A stretch of 41,717 bases of DNA, taken from the NCBI GenBank assembly GCA_051294375.1, contig JBJCIZ010000205.1:1-41717 (forward strand), read 5' to 3'. Below, piece by piece: positions 1 through 13,917 of this stretch (position 1 is its first letter; each line of letters starts with the position of its first letter). A program made the translations under genes and the position numbers. The stretch is from Paraspadella gotoi (Eukaryota > Animalia > Chaetognatha). Under the pieces are notes generated by a model. The model was not told the origin of the DNA, made no database searches, and saw nothing but the letters and a program-made list of their open reading frames with translations.

Positions 1-399
1 TGCGAGGCTCGAGATCATTTTGGAATGCGGAACTTGATGATAAGAAAATCATGTTAAATGTGAAACGGAGGTTTTTTTGAAATAGTCAAGGGAATGACGA
101 GAAATATGTGCCACCCGGAAAACGGGAGTACCGCAAACACTGAATTAAAAAAAGCACCACCGAACTTGAAGGGCTGTTTGAGAAAAGAGAAACCTGTTCT
201 TTATTGTTGTGGACGCGCAAAACCACAAACAAAGGCTCATAGCTTTGAATAGGAATGGTCCTTGTTTGTTTCAGGATTTATAGGATATGTTTCGAAAAAA
301 ACCTTTAGCCTTTCTCAGCATTACCTGAAAAACGTATTAAAAAAAACGCGAACTCTTAAGACAAAGCTTTTACATGTTTACACGCAAGAGAAAGACGAA

Positions 400-430
400 A
401 GAAAGAGAGGGAGAGAGAGAGATGAGAAGA

Positions 431-482
<52 letters not shown>

Positions 483-510
483 AGAGATAGAGAGCGAGAG
501 ATTGAGAAAG
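400..510. repeat. (GA)n microsatellite
   Basis: Direct inspection. Similar imperfect GA/CT tracts at ~1290-1440, 2470-2570, 2820-2970, 5240-5338, 5735-5820, 7170-7245, 7409-7465 and 9800-9915. Confidence 0.95.
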
Positions 511-3489
511 AAAAAGATTTTCCAATATTGAAAAATCGCGGTCCCTTTTTGCAGAAAGGCCCTTTCTTCACTCTCGCTCCAACCAATCCCCAAAACAATT
601 CCTTCTCCGTTTTACTTTGAGATTTTTTTCCTTTTTTTTTTTCTCTTTTGATTGGAAGAGAAAAAAAAAACGGAGAGAAAAAAATGTGGGGAGGCCTGAG
701 AGGAAGGATGAGGGCGGCGCGGAAATTAAAAAAATTTTTACGATGATGCATTTTTCGAGTTAGTAATGAAGAATATTTTTAAAATATTTGGGTTAAGAAA
801 CAATTCTCTTTTGTCTGAGGCCGATTTTTTCATAAAATTTTTCAGGCTTTAAAATTTTTTTTTTTAAATGTTCGGCATTTCAGGATGCCTTAGTTGTTGT
901 TCCGCTAGTTTTTGTAGAATATTTTCTGAAACTTGCAATTGCATAGTTTTCCCCCTTGAATATGCTGCACATTGGTCGAAAACAAATTCGTTGGTGATCT
1001 TTATCACGCTAGTTCAGCACGCTCAGCGGTGATCTCTCTTCCACCGGGGCGGCTGTTCACTTGCTGCCAATCTTATTCCAGTCCTGATGCGAAAGTTTCT
1101 TCGGTTCCTCTGAAACCATAAATTATTCGCCTGTCGGCATGAAAGATGTTTATGCCGTCGTAAATACTTCGACTCCGCCGTCAGAACCATGGCTTCGAAA
1201 ATCACAGTCATAACATAAATTTAGTTATGTGTGTAATTGAAATTGGAGGCATTTGCGTCTCGACAAAACTAGGAAATCCTACGCATGCAAAAGAAGAGAG
1301 GAAGTAACAACGAGAGAGAAAGACGAGAAAAAAAAGTGAGAGAGAGCAAAGAAAGAGAGGAGAGGAGAGAGAGAGTAGAGTGAGAGAAAGAGAGTGAGAG
1401 AGAGAGAAAGAGAGGAGAGAGAAAAGTGTGAGATGAGAGAATGTTTCCAATCACTCAACGACGAAGGCCGAGGGAAAGCGGGGAGAAAAGACGAAGGAGA
1501 GAGAGAGCAGGCAATGCAGTTAAACTGTAAATAAGGTCTGTAAAAGTGTGTATGCAACGAACTGTTGCGCAGGTTTGTAATAAATGGCGGGGGCTTCGTC
1601 TCCGGACTTGGCACGACCCGGCTAAGTCATACAACCAAACGATCCACTGGAGAAAATGAGCGCCGTCTTTCTTCCTTGCCCTTTTTAGTTTAGAGCTTGA
1701 ACCATTGGGAGTAGCATTCTTGATTGTTGGTGTGATTGCTTAGGGTATACAAGGAACAAGCGCTTGATTAACACTATTAAGCAAGCTGACGTTGTCATTG
1801 AAAATTTATAAGAAAAGCAGTCGCAATTTAAATCTGTGGTAGGCAATGAACACGTCGTAGCTTATAGTGGCTAATACTGTTGCGTAAGTCGAGACCGCAG
1901 ACCTGGTTATGGTTATTTTGCAACGCCTGCTCGGAGTCGATGTCGAAGCGGCGCTAGGCAGTTTCCCGTTTTAGCGCGGATCCTGTTTTAACCTTTTGAG
2001 GCCCGGTCTTTCCCCTTGACTTTTACTCGTCTCTCTCCTTGGGACTCAGCGTTTTGTTTCCGTTTCACCTCTATTTTTTACTTTGTTTCCTTCCCCACAT
2101 CTTTTTGTTTTTTTTCTTTTCTTTTTTTTTCTCCTTCCAGCTCCGTTCGTTCGTTCTTTTGAAGACGGATGACGACGACGACGATCGAGCGGACGACGAT
2201 TGACACAGCAGCTTGGCAAATGGGCGATCTTCGTGAGTAATTTCTCACCTAAACGAATAGATTAGAGGTTTTACTTTACAGAGAGAAGTATAATATCAAC
2301 GCGGCTTAGTAAAAAAGTCCCTTATTTCTTTTCTAGAACTCCCGTCTTTAAATTTGTCAACGATAGTTAAAAACATTTCTTACGTATAACTTCTCTTTTC
2401 CGCACCTCATGACGTTCACGTTTTCTAAAACGTTCGTCGCAGCCGGATTGGAACGCCCCTTCTTCAAGATATCCCTCTCTCTCTCTTCTCTCTCTCTCCT
2501 CTCTCTCTCTCTCCTCTCTCTCCTCTATCTCTCGCCAGCTCTATCTCTTTTTCTATTCTCTTCTCTATCGTTTTTCGTAAGGTCTGTCGAAGAAGTCAAG
2601 ATCGTTCCACCGTCGTCTTACCCGTAGCGTTCATCTTTTTTTTTTATTCACTTTTCGCTTTCTTTCTCGTGAAAGGAACGTCAATTACTAAAAGATGTGA
2701 GCCTATTTATTGGAGTGTTCATATACGAGAGCACTTGCTTCCCCGCCGCGTTAAGTCTAATCTCGCTGCCGCAGGCTCACCGGTTCTCCCTATTTCAAAA
2801 GCCTCTCCTTTTATACCCCCCTCCCTCTCTCTTTTCCACCTTTTTCACTTCTCTCTCTCTTCTCTCTCCTCTTCTCTCCTCTCTCTTCTCTCTCTCTCTA
2901 ATCCAATCTTCTCTCTCTCTCTCTTCTCCTTCTCTCTCTTCCTCTCTCTTCCTCTCCCTCTCTTTCCTCACGTCTTCGAAGGACGAGTCGCGTGAGAGGA
3001 GAGAGAAGAGCGCGTTTGCATTTGCAGAATTTATTTATTTTCTTTTCGTTGTTTTTTTATTTCCGCTGCTTTCTGAGGGTCGAACCATCCCGCTCTTCCT
3101 TCTCGTTCTCTTACCTCCCCTTCCTTTCTCTGTATTTCTATTTTAATTTCCCTTTCACAATTTTCCCTACCGTTCCTGCTAATTACAGCGTACTTCTATC
3201 AGGAATGATACGAAAAAAAGCTTGTTAATATAATCGAAACGAAGAGCAATCAGGTTATATGACCCGCGCTTGGCAGAGCCACTGTGATTTATGTACAATT
3301 TAGGAAATTTTGAAACATTGTTTCGGTCAAAATAAATGTGCAGGTAGTTTTCTAAACTAAAATATGTTATGAATATAATATACAAGAAAGAAAATTTTTA
3401 CGAGTTTAATCAAAGTCTTTTCTATCGGTCCAGATTGACAGTTCCTGTTATCTTCTTTCCGATATTCCCTTTATTGTTAAGCTGTTATC

Positions 3490-3730
3490 ATTTCCGTCCC
3501 TTTTTATTCTGATTTCCATTCCTTTGCTACTTGTCCATCCTTCCCGATTTCTTCCTTTCTATTCCCTTCCATTTTCTCTCTATTTCCTCCTTTCTATCCC
3601 TTTCCATTTCTCTCTATTTCCTCCTTTTCTATTCCCTTTCCATTTCCTCTCTATTTCCTCCTTTCTATTTCCCTTTCCATTGTCCTTCTCTATTTCCCCT
3701 CCTCCTTCCCTCCTTCCCGTTCCTTCACTT
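3490..3730. repeat. Pyrimidine-rich low-complexity repeat (~35-40-bp period: ctctatttcctcctttctattccctttccattt)
   Basis: Recurring tctatttcctcc / ttccctttccatt blocks. Confidence 0.75.
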
Positions 3731-4634
3731 CAACCGCGCAGCTGTTTCACTCAAGAAAAAGGGCCCAACTCCGACCCGCTGCCATTTTTTGAACCAGAAC
3801 TTTTGGTGTTGGAGTTTTTTTCAGCGTTTTAAACAGACCATAATAACGTGTCCCGCTAGTACAATATTCGATTACTATGGCTCTTGAAAAAACGAAGATA
3901 GTATATAAAGCGTTTAATTGATACAGCTGAGAAAACCTAATCACTTAACTATTAAGTAGAGGTCACTAAAGTAGAGAGAAGTAGACTGATGAGAAGAGAT
4001 AAAAGAAGAGCGAAGCAGAACAAGAGAAAAGAGAGGGAGAGAGAATAGACAGACAATTGAGAGTGAAAGAGAACGTGAAGAAAGAGTGAGAGAGAGTCAA
4101 AATGTATTCGTCTTGCAAGGTGAACTGATTTGATACGAAAGTCGCCTCTTCCTGATTACCTCGACTTTTGCTTCAAAAATCTTTAAGCTTAAGAAAACGA
4201 AATGAAGAATAAAAAAATGGAAAGGAAGAAAGAGAGCGAAAGGAAAAAAGAAGAGATTAGTCTTTGGGAAAAAAAGAAGTGAACCAGAAAAAAGTTAAAA
4301 AAGTAATTACAAGATATTATTCAAAAAATGTCAGAAAAAGCCAACCAAAATTAAAAGAAGACGTTTACGAGAATAATATTAACAAAGCTGTAAGGGAAAT
4401 ATTCCAGATACCGCGAAAAAAAAGAGATAAATTACGCGAGCGAGAAACTTAGAGTTTAAAGAACTTTGACAATCGAGGGAAAAAAATTGTTTCCCCTTTA
4501 GCGCGTTAGCTGGCAACAGCGACCTTTGAAGCTTTAAACTTTAGCGACTAACGTGGCTGCGCGTCTCTCCGGGGGTACGGGCGCACATTTAAGTAGAAGA
4601 CAATTTGAGATACTTCGCTAATAGCTGAAAACCT

Positions 4635-4662
4635 TTCTCTTCTCTCTCTCTCTCTCTCTCTC

Positions 4663-4706
<44 letters not shown>

Positions 4707-4722
4707 TCTCTCCCCCTCTCGC
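4635..4722. repeat. (CT)n microsatellite
   Basis: Direct inspection. Confidence 0.95.
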
Positions 4723-6025
4723 TCTTATCCTTTTACCCGTTTTCCATAATGGATGCTTAAAGTCTTCCAATCCTCGCCAAAATTTTTTTCCCCGAGTTCT
4801 CTTCGAGAGTTTGGGCACGTTTCCCTTTCCTGGGCTTTCGATTTTAGTTCTTCCAGTTTTCTAAAATATTAATTCAGAGACGTCTATTGCTCCCGCTCCC
4901 TTTTCTTTCCTTTCCTTTGGCGACCTTTTACCGGCTACTCTCTTTCAAAGCCATGCGGCAAATTTAAGGCTCCTTTTTGGCCAGTGAGCAGGTTTTTTTT
5001 CCTTCTGGTCATGTTGATCGATCGGGCGCTTGAGATGGTTTCCTCTTAGAAACATCAAGTTCGAGCAACACGAATCATTTTGATTCTTTTAGTTTTTGTT
5101 GGATTTTTTTTCGACTTCTGAGTAAAGCCGAAAAATTACTTAGCGTATATGGGAATTTTTCTAAGTTTGAGCTTGTGATCTCCTTAAGCTTAGAATGTCA
5201 ACGAAAGGCTACATTTTTAAGTACATAATATTCAGATGGAAAGAGAGAGAGAGAGAGAGAGACGAGAGTAGAGAGTACGAGAGAAGAGAGGAGAGAGATT
5301 GAGAGAGAGGAGAGAGAGAGAGAGAGATGAGAGAGAGCGTATTTTCTTTCAGAAAGGATCATGACGAAGCTCCTGGGCCCCGGGTATATCCGCGTGGGTG
5401 CCTTTGAACACTTTCATATTCTAGCCAGAGCTTCTTTTTAATTTTCTTGTCGGCCGGAAGCCGGCGTCTTCTCCACAGCTGAGCGACAAAATTTATCCCC
5501 CGTCTTTCACAACCCCCCCTCGCCCCTTCCTCCCCTGTCCGCTCCCACAACTACCCGGGATTCTCCCTTTCAACATTCGCGAAAACTATTCTGTTTAAGC
5601 CAATGCCAATTTTCTCCCCATTGCCCTTTTTTCTCATTAACTTGTGGAGCAAGCGTCCGGAACGGCGCTTGAAAAAGCATTGATAACGGAAAAACGCCCA
5701 TTAAATAAACAAAACAAGCCGCGAGGATAAAAGTAGAGAAGAGAGAGAGAGAGAGAGAGAAGAAGCAGAAGAGGAGAGAGAGGAGCAGAGAAGAGAGAGA
5801 AGATGGGAGAGAGAGAGAAATCTATTACCTGAGAAAAAACATCGCAAAGAAGAACAATTTCCATAGTAATGGCTGCGTTTTCGAATGTTCACTTCACGCT
5901 CTGACCGAGTCCTTCCTGCGTCCTTATCTTCATATTCGGGTTATTTGTAACTCAGCCCAGATGAAACAAAAATACGTTCCTACAGAAATGTTTCCTTTAA
6001 TAAATTTTAAAATTTTGAATGAGGA

Positions 6026-6110
6026 TAATAATTAATAATAATAATATAATAATAATAATAATAATACATAATAATAATAATAAAATAATAATCAATAATA
6101 ATAATAATAA
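6026..6110. repeat. (AAT)n microsatellite
   Basis: Direct inspection. Confidence 0.95.
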
Positions 6111-7311
6111 AAAAAATCGCTGATTCCTGTTGCATAACCTTCTAATTTTTCTGTTAATAAATTAAAAAGAAGTTCATTTAGAATTTTATAAATGCATCAA
6201 AACTCTCTTTTTCTGACTATTTTTCCCAAAAAAAAACTTCCCTTCGTCTGTCCATTCAAAATAATTTAAAGAATATTTCTAAATAACCTAATAAGATTTT
6301 ATAAGCACAAGCTAAACGCTGTCGGTTCTTTAAACTGTTCTCGTTTGATATTCAGTTATCAACCCACGTCCTTTCCTTCGAAGACCATAATTCACTTCCT
6401 GTCCCCACCTCTCGATCTCCCTCCCCCCCTCCCTCCTTTTCCACCCCTCTGTCTTCCGCCTTCCTCTTGGTTCCTCCTCCTCCTCCTCTTTCTCCCCCTC
6501 CTCCTCTTCTGCGCCTTTCCCATTCAGCAAACCAGGTCAAGCCCACGCCTTTTCCGAATACAATGAGAACCTCCAGATTTCGAAAAGACGTTAAAAAAAA
6601 GAAGTTTAACAATTCATGGGTGTCTTTCTCTCTTCTTTCTTTCATTGACCTATTCGCTACTTAGAGATCATGACAACTCTCTCTTCCATTTCTTCGCGGG
6701 GAACCAACTCGTTTTAAGAAGTTCGAAGGAAACAAACAAGGAAGATTAAAGAGAAATAAAAACTGAATTTTCTACCTAAAAAAATTGACCAAGCGGCCGC
6801 TCGTGTTATAACTTTTTCTTAACAATATTATCAAAAATAACGTTCTTTTAGAATCACAACGACAATGTTAGTGACATAAATTATATCTATACTATTACTA
6901 TACTACTATATTAGACTACTGTTACTACTTACTATACTATTTTTGCTTAAATTGTTTGTCTTTTGTTTTCATCTAAATCAACAAACAGGTGAGCTTTTCT
7001 TTTTATCTTTTACTTTGCATCGTAAAACGTTGCCCTTGGCCAGAGTTACAACGAGGAAGAGGAATAGTTATAGGACAAGAGAGTAGTAAGAGATGGAAAT
7101 GTACAAAGAAAGTCGAAAGAAGATACCCGTGGAAAGATAGAATAAGAATGAGACGAGGATAGAGATAAGGGAGAGAGAGAGAGAAGGGAGAGATGAGCAG
7201 AGAGAGAGACGAGAGAGAGAAGAGAGAGAGACTGAGAGGCGAGAAGAAGTCTAAAAAATCCAAATTTATTAGGAATTTTGAAAATATGTATAAAATAAAG
7301 GGGAAAGAGCG

Positions 7312-7408
7312 AATATATTATATATATTATAATATATATATTATATATATACTATATATATATATATTATATATATAACTATTATATATATATATATAGA
7401 ATATTATA
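7312..7408. repeat. (TA)n microsatellite abutting (GA)n
   Basis: Direct inspection. Confidence 0.92.
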
Positions 7409-9840
7409 GAGAGAGAGAGACGAGAGAGAGAGATGAGGGAGAGAGAGACAGTTGAGAGAGGAGAGATTAACAAATGGCGGTCTTAGGGAGGCAATTTGCT
7501 GGCGGACATTTTCGTTGGGATTTATTGCCCGCTGCTTCGGCTTTTTTGGGCTTCTAAACGGCCAATGGTAACCAACGAAGGCATTCAAAACCCTAATGGC
7601 ACCATCAATGAAGATGGCGTCTAATTAATGGAAACAGGGAAAAGTTGCCAATGCAGTTAAATAGGCAAGCAGAGCGTCTCGAACCTACCATGCTTTCAAG
7701 GATGTTTCCTCTTCCGGAAAATGCGACGAAACTAACCAAATGCTTTGCGATCTTTGTACGTACATTTCCCTGAAAATAATTTTCTAGCTGGACGTATACC
7801 GATTTCAAAGGAATCTTCCTTCAATCAAGCTGTTATTCCGCAGTTACAGTTCAAACAGTGGGTCCTTCCGAATTAAACCCTTACGCCGGACAACGATGAG
7901 GACAACGATAACAACTTTACAAGACAAACGCGTGGTGTAACGAGGGTGCAAATGGTCCGGGGGCTTTTTGCGTCGAGACCAAGGTCGATGAGTAAATTAA
8001 AGTCTGGAGCCGAAGAGGGGCAGTCGAATTGGCTAGAAAGTTTCGAACTGAGAGTTTAAAATCGCATTTCGAGACAAAACAACCTTTGAAATTGTCATGG
8101 CCATTGAATTTTTAAGCTTAATAATTCGACAAAATATATTTTTGAAAGTCATCCGCTTTAGAGCTTTCACATGGTAGAAGGGTCGTTCCTTTATCGTTCT
8201 GGTTTCTTGTCGATCATTCCATGTTAATCTCAATCGCGCAGGACCTCGTCTCCTGGGCCCATTTTCCAGTCGCCACCCCTTATTTTCAATCGAGCTTCGG
8301 CCGCCGCTATCCCCGAAAAAAGGGGGGGGAAACCAAGGGGGGGAATTTTGTAATGGACGCTCAGGCCGGCGCCGGCCCGGCATGCAATGGGACCTCAGTC
8401 GCAATGGGCGCGTGGTCGTCAAGGGACGAGACCTTTTCCGCCGATTATTTCTCTGGCGAACAAAAAAACAAAAATGTTTTGGAATTCTCTTCGGGAATAA
8501 TAAATTCGGAGAGGAAACAGGTGAAACCTTTTTGCTAAACACAAGCGCAACAACATGCATGGCTAAAAATTGGTTGCTAATTCTCAGTCGGCAAGTCTTT
8601 GAAATATTTCATAAATTTTTAACTTACAGATACAAAAGATTACGTTACAATTACTTTACAATACATGTCATATTTGCATAATGTGTTAGATTACTGCCTG
8701 GAAAAAACTTTCGGAAAAGAATCAATATTGTTCTGGCGAACAGAAACCAAACAGACAAAGGACAAACCTAAAAAAAATTGCTTGCTCTTTGTAAAGGTAT
8801 AATATACAGCCCTTAAAAAAGCAAACCCCAACATATCCAAGTTATATCCATGTTCGATTGTTCCTGTCCATAAAAAGAAGAGTTTAGTAGAATCAAACCA
8901 GGGGTTAGGAATCTTAGGTGTCCAACTTTTTCTCGGAGCGACCGTTCCATTGGCATTTCGGTCCACTTCCCTTCCGGGCCGTTGGCCTCAGCTTATCGGA
9001 TTCCTCAGGAATTCCCGCTCTCAAAACACTCAGTTCACTGAGGACCGCTTCAATAGTTCCTTTCTTTCTTTTCTTTCTTTCTTTCTTCTTCTTTCTTTTC
9101 TTTTCTTTCCTGGCTTCTTTTTCCTTCATTTTTCCTTCCTTTTTCTCCTTTTTCCTCCTTTCTCCTTTTCGACATGGAATCTGGGCTTCGTGAGCGTCGA
9201 AAAAAATGGGGCGTTCCATCCCGACATCGAACCTTTTGGGGAATGCTATTGCTTTTTTTCTTCTTCTCAAGCCCGTCGGACCCTGCCCCCACGCGCCCCT
9301 TCAAAAAAAAAAAAAAGAAAAAAAAAGTTCCTGTTCGGAAGCCACAAAGGGTGGGCTTAGGAAGGCGCGGGTTTAAAAAAGGGAGAGGGGATGCGGAAGG
9401 GGCGTTGAGTTCGAAGGGGCAGTGGGCGTTAGACAAAGGGCGGTTTGGCGTTTCGAGCTCCCAACGCGCGCGGGCGCAATGGCCGTCATCGGCGCCATTG
9501 GTTTCTCTTAGGCGCAATTTGCGGGTTTACCAAACGCCACATTCGGGGTGCGGGGTCAGGGTTGGAATGAATAGCCCGTTATTGGTGGCGGAAGGAGAGA
9601 ATTCCATAAGCGGGTCCGTTTAGTTCAATAACGGGATGGAGGGAAGGAAAAGGTGGCGCGGGAGGCAGGGCGTGGTTTGAGGTTGAGGAAAAGCGAAGAG
9701 ATTGGAGGGGGCGTGCGTTTTCAGAGTAGAAGAGATCAAAGGATGCGAAAATAGAACGAGATGGAGGCAAAGCGATGGAGAGGACTGAGCAGGGACAAGA
9801 GACAGAGAGAGAGGAGAGACGACCTGGATGAGAGAGATTG

Positions 9841-9890
<50 letters not shown>

Positions 9891-10182
9891 CTGAGAAAGA
9901 GACTGAGAGAAAGAAAAAACTCGATTACTCATTTATCTCGTTACCAAAGTAGTATTAATAGTATTATTAAATGCTACCACTCAGTTTTCTATGGAAATTG
10001 TAGGTACAAAATTATAAATTTGCAATATTAAACGGACGACAGAACATTTCGTCTGCTTTAAAAAATACCAACACGGAATGAATCGCCGATCCTCGTTGTT
10101 TGTTTTTGTGCAACCAGACGTTCGTCACGGTTGTCGTCATTGTGGTTAGAAATTTTCGCTCATTGGTCGTCCTTGTCAAGGG

Positions 10183-10740
10183 AATGTTCATCATTATCAC
10201 TGTCATTCATGGGATCTTCATCATTTTTATGTCATTCAAGGGTATCTTCGATCATTATTACTGTCATTCAAAGGGAATCTTCATCTTATCACTGTCATTC
10301 AAGGATCTTCATTATTATCCACTGTCATTCAAGCGATCTTCATCATTATCACTGTCATTCAAGCTGATCTTTCATCATTATCACACTGTCATTTCAAGCA
10401 ATCTTCATCATTTTGTTCCACTGTCATTTCGGGCGATCTCATCAATATCAACGTCATTCTAAAAGCGGATCTCTCACATTATTCAGTCATTTCAAGCGAT
10501 CTTCATCATATCGCCGGTGTCATTGCAAAGCAATCTTCATCATTATCACTGTTCATTCAAGCGCATGCTTCCATCAGTGGCACTGTCATTCAACGATTCT
10601 TCATCATTATCCCTGTCATTCAGCAATCTTCCGTATCATTTATCACTGTTTCATTCAGCGATCTTTCATCAGGTATCACTTGTCATATCAAGCGATTCTT
10701 CATCCATATCACTGTCATTCAAGGATCGTCATGCATAATC
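10183..10740. repeat. 30-bp minisatellite, roughly 18 degenerate copies
   Basis: Consensus atcttcatcattatcactgtcattcaagcg. Confidence 0.93.
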
Positions 10741-11062
10741 ACGCTCGTTCGTCTGGCTTGCGTTTATCGTCCTCGCTTCGTTGCGCACGAGTTGCCGGAC
10801 ATTGCCGCTCGTAGTTCTGCTATCAACTCTGCAAAGGCCACTTAGCGGAATTCAAAAACAGTGCCGCGAGCGCCAGGGAAAACTCGTAACTGTCATATGG
10901 CACAGTGAACGAGTAGAATATGGAAATCACATTTAGTACAAAGTAGATACTCTTGATATGAAGCGCTTCATATTCATCATAAAATATTCAAGTAAAAAAA
11001 AAACAAAAAACTGAAAGATATAATGAGGAAAGACGAATAAAAAAAAAAAAAAATAAAAAAAA

Positions 11063-11104
<42 letters not shown>

Positions 11105-11109
11105 TAATA

Positions 11110-11184
<75 letters not shown>

Positions 11185-11192
11185 ATATTAAT
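11063..11192. repeat. (AAT)n microsatellite switching to (TAT)n
   Basis: Direct inspection. Confidence 0.95.
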
Positions 11193-13696
11193 AAAGAAAA
11201 TTAAAATAAAAAGTGAAAAAATATAGGAAATAAGAAAAAAGGGAAGAAATTGCGAGCTGTTCCGGAAGAAGAAGGCATGAGTTCATTTCGAGATGCATCT
11301 TTTTTATATGAAAAGATCGTCTAAGTTGTGCAGTGTCAACGCCAGTCCCGTGTTTCCTCCATGCCTACAAATCTTCTCATTGAATACGACGCTGGATCCA
11401 CCATCTCCAAAGAAGGACGCCGCGAAACATTGGCTAAAAAAAGTATATGCTGAACGGGAATAAAAATCACGAAGTTGAAGACAATGGGAGACCGCTAAGA
11501 GCCGATTGACTGACTAATTTAAGCCTGATTGTCCAAAAATGTGTACCTTATCAAAATGTAACAATTAACTGCTTGAAAAGGGAAAAATCGGTAGGTGCTT
11601 GCTATAAACGCCGGAATATCCTTTTTTTTTCAACCCCAAAACCTCTCATAAACATTGATTGATTTGATTTGAATGCTATGAGCAAGGCGGCTAAATTGAA
11701 ACCTAACCTTAAAAAAAGAATCTTTTATTTTCTTCTCTCGCCCTTCTTTTTTTCATTTGTAAAAAAACAAAAGTCCTATAATACTAAAGAAATAATTCCT
11801 TTTTCTTGGGTATTTCTATGGTCATTTTGGTTTTTCACTTGTCCTCGCGATTGTCGTCGTCGTCGGATGTTCTCGTTCCATCATCGTTCGTCGTCAGTCC
11901 TCGTTCTTGCGCAAAGGATTCTTGAGGTAAGACGGGGTGGGTTGTGGGCTCCAAAGAGACATTACGCCGCGATTCGAGCCTAAGTATTTCCCATCGTATG
12001 CGTCTGGCTCTTCGCGCTGGGGCGGAATCGCCGCCGCGTCCCAAGGTTTCAGATTGAAATGCAATCTCCGACGGCATTATCTGGTATTAATGAAACAATA
12101 GTAATATTAGTTTATGTTACGTTATGTATGTATAAAATAATCTTCATTAATTTCGATAAGATATATACCGCAAATAAAGGCCCGCTACTATATATTAGTA
12201 ACGTCCCCTCCCGCAACGACGCTATCTCCAACCGCGCGTCTTTCCATCGAATGTGTGAATCATCTATATCTCTCCACTCCAGTTCCACTCCAGTCCCCAT
12301 ATCTATATCGTTTGCGTTACGAATATAAATTCTTTCCTGGGTTAACTCTATCTATGAGTTAGAAATTCCGGTTTTACGACGAGATTCGAGCCTCGTCGCC
12401 CGTTACCGGCGACACCCGGCTGCGCCTGCCGCCGTCTCAAATCTCAATCGCCACAAAAATTTTATGTTTCACTCTGAGTTTGTGGAGAACAGAAAGCCGA
12501 TGTTCACAACCGCTGTCTGACCGATCGGCCGTAACGCGGCCATGCTTCCCACGCTTTGGGTTCTTGTTTTCCAGATTGTAAAACGCGTTCTTCAGCTGTG
12601 ACTCTATAAGTATTCTTCTCTGTATGTCTGTCTTTCTTGGCCGTCTGACGGTTGATCGACCTATAACTAATATATATTAATTAATATTATAAAGTAAGGA
12701 AATTCGTCATAAAAAAATTATATCTGCGAGTCAAAATTATTCGTTTTGGAGAATCCATTGAAAAACAAAAAATATATCTATAACAAAAACAACATATATC
12801 TATATATAATTCTATAATATGTTGTCGGGCATTGCATTTATATGTTCACCCCGCCATTTTATAGAATGACACTTCGGTAGTCTCCCGCGTGGCCTCATTG
12901 AGTATTAAGCCATCATCAGCGGGTTCGATCCATAACCCTCTATCTCTATATCTCTCTCCTGGAAGCAGTGAGGCCGCGACGTAACCGCCTTATCTTGGTG
13001 GAAAACCCTTCAAGCCTGATCCAAGCCCAGGACCCGATCTCATGACTGCGAGAGTTTGCGTGATTGCACTCTTCAGGCCCCACTAAGCGCCTTACTCCAC
13101 AAATACAACGAGAAGGTAAGTAAAGAGTTGTGAGCAGGAGATAGGATCAGGGGGAGTGGAGATGGAAGACCGTGCGGCCGCCGGAATACGCGAAATAAAA
13201 TGACCGATTGATAACATTCGTAATAACGATTCCGCGATTATATCTATATCTATATATATATGAAAAGCAATAATTTATAATATATAATATATATTCTCAT
13301 ATCTGTAAAAAAAAAATAATAAAATCAGAAACAAAAAAGATACGTCGGGCGGCGAAAAAAAAAACGTAACTCTACCTTACCAGTTACGCAGCTCTAGATG
13401 AGATATAAAGTATGTAATATATAAAATATTAATATCTCATTTACAAAGAACAAGAAAAAAATGCGTGGCTCGCGAATGCGTCGATCGGGTCGTCAGCGGC
13501 TGTCGATGGTATCGACGGCGTCATTGCCAGATGCGCCATTTTATTTTCTGGATGTATTCGGCACTGAATGTGGCGTTTATTGACCAATCTTCTGCTTCTG
13601 TGTGCGAAATCAGGAGGAGACACCAATGGGATTTCGCTCTTTAAAGAAGTTTTTTTCATTTTTTGCGAATACTATATACCAGTGGACTTACTGATT

Positions 13697-13917
13697 AGAG
13701 GTTTATTGTATGCTCTGTCACCTCCATAGCAAGCCCTCAACTTCGTCAGTCTACTGTAACCAGGTAAACTCACTGCTTAAGGCGATTACATTTTCATTCA
13801 GCTCGAGCGTCTCTCCATCCTCTCTTGCGTTCATTCAATATCTGCTAGTCACTCTTGGGGGCAATCCGCTGCTGCACTTTTGAGGACATCAACTGTACCT
13901 TCTCGTCGAATAGATTC
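13697..13917 (-). CDS. Possible host exon, product unknown
   Basis: Balanced-composition patch bounded on the minus strand by tacag| and |gtaagt; begins NLFDEKVQLMSSKVQQRIA, then the frame breaks. Confidence 0.3.

Noticed and set aside
870-9760. Exon-like patches (~870-1210, 7470-8030, 9340-9760; also 16700-16930)
   Set aside because: Possibly host exons, but indel noise and lack of recognisable motifs prevent assigning strand, frame or product.
10183-10740. CRISPR-like 30-bp repeat array
   Set aside because: Units are head to tail with no unique spacers, there are no cas genes, and the context is eukaryotic.
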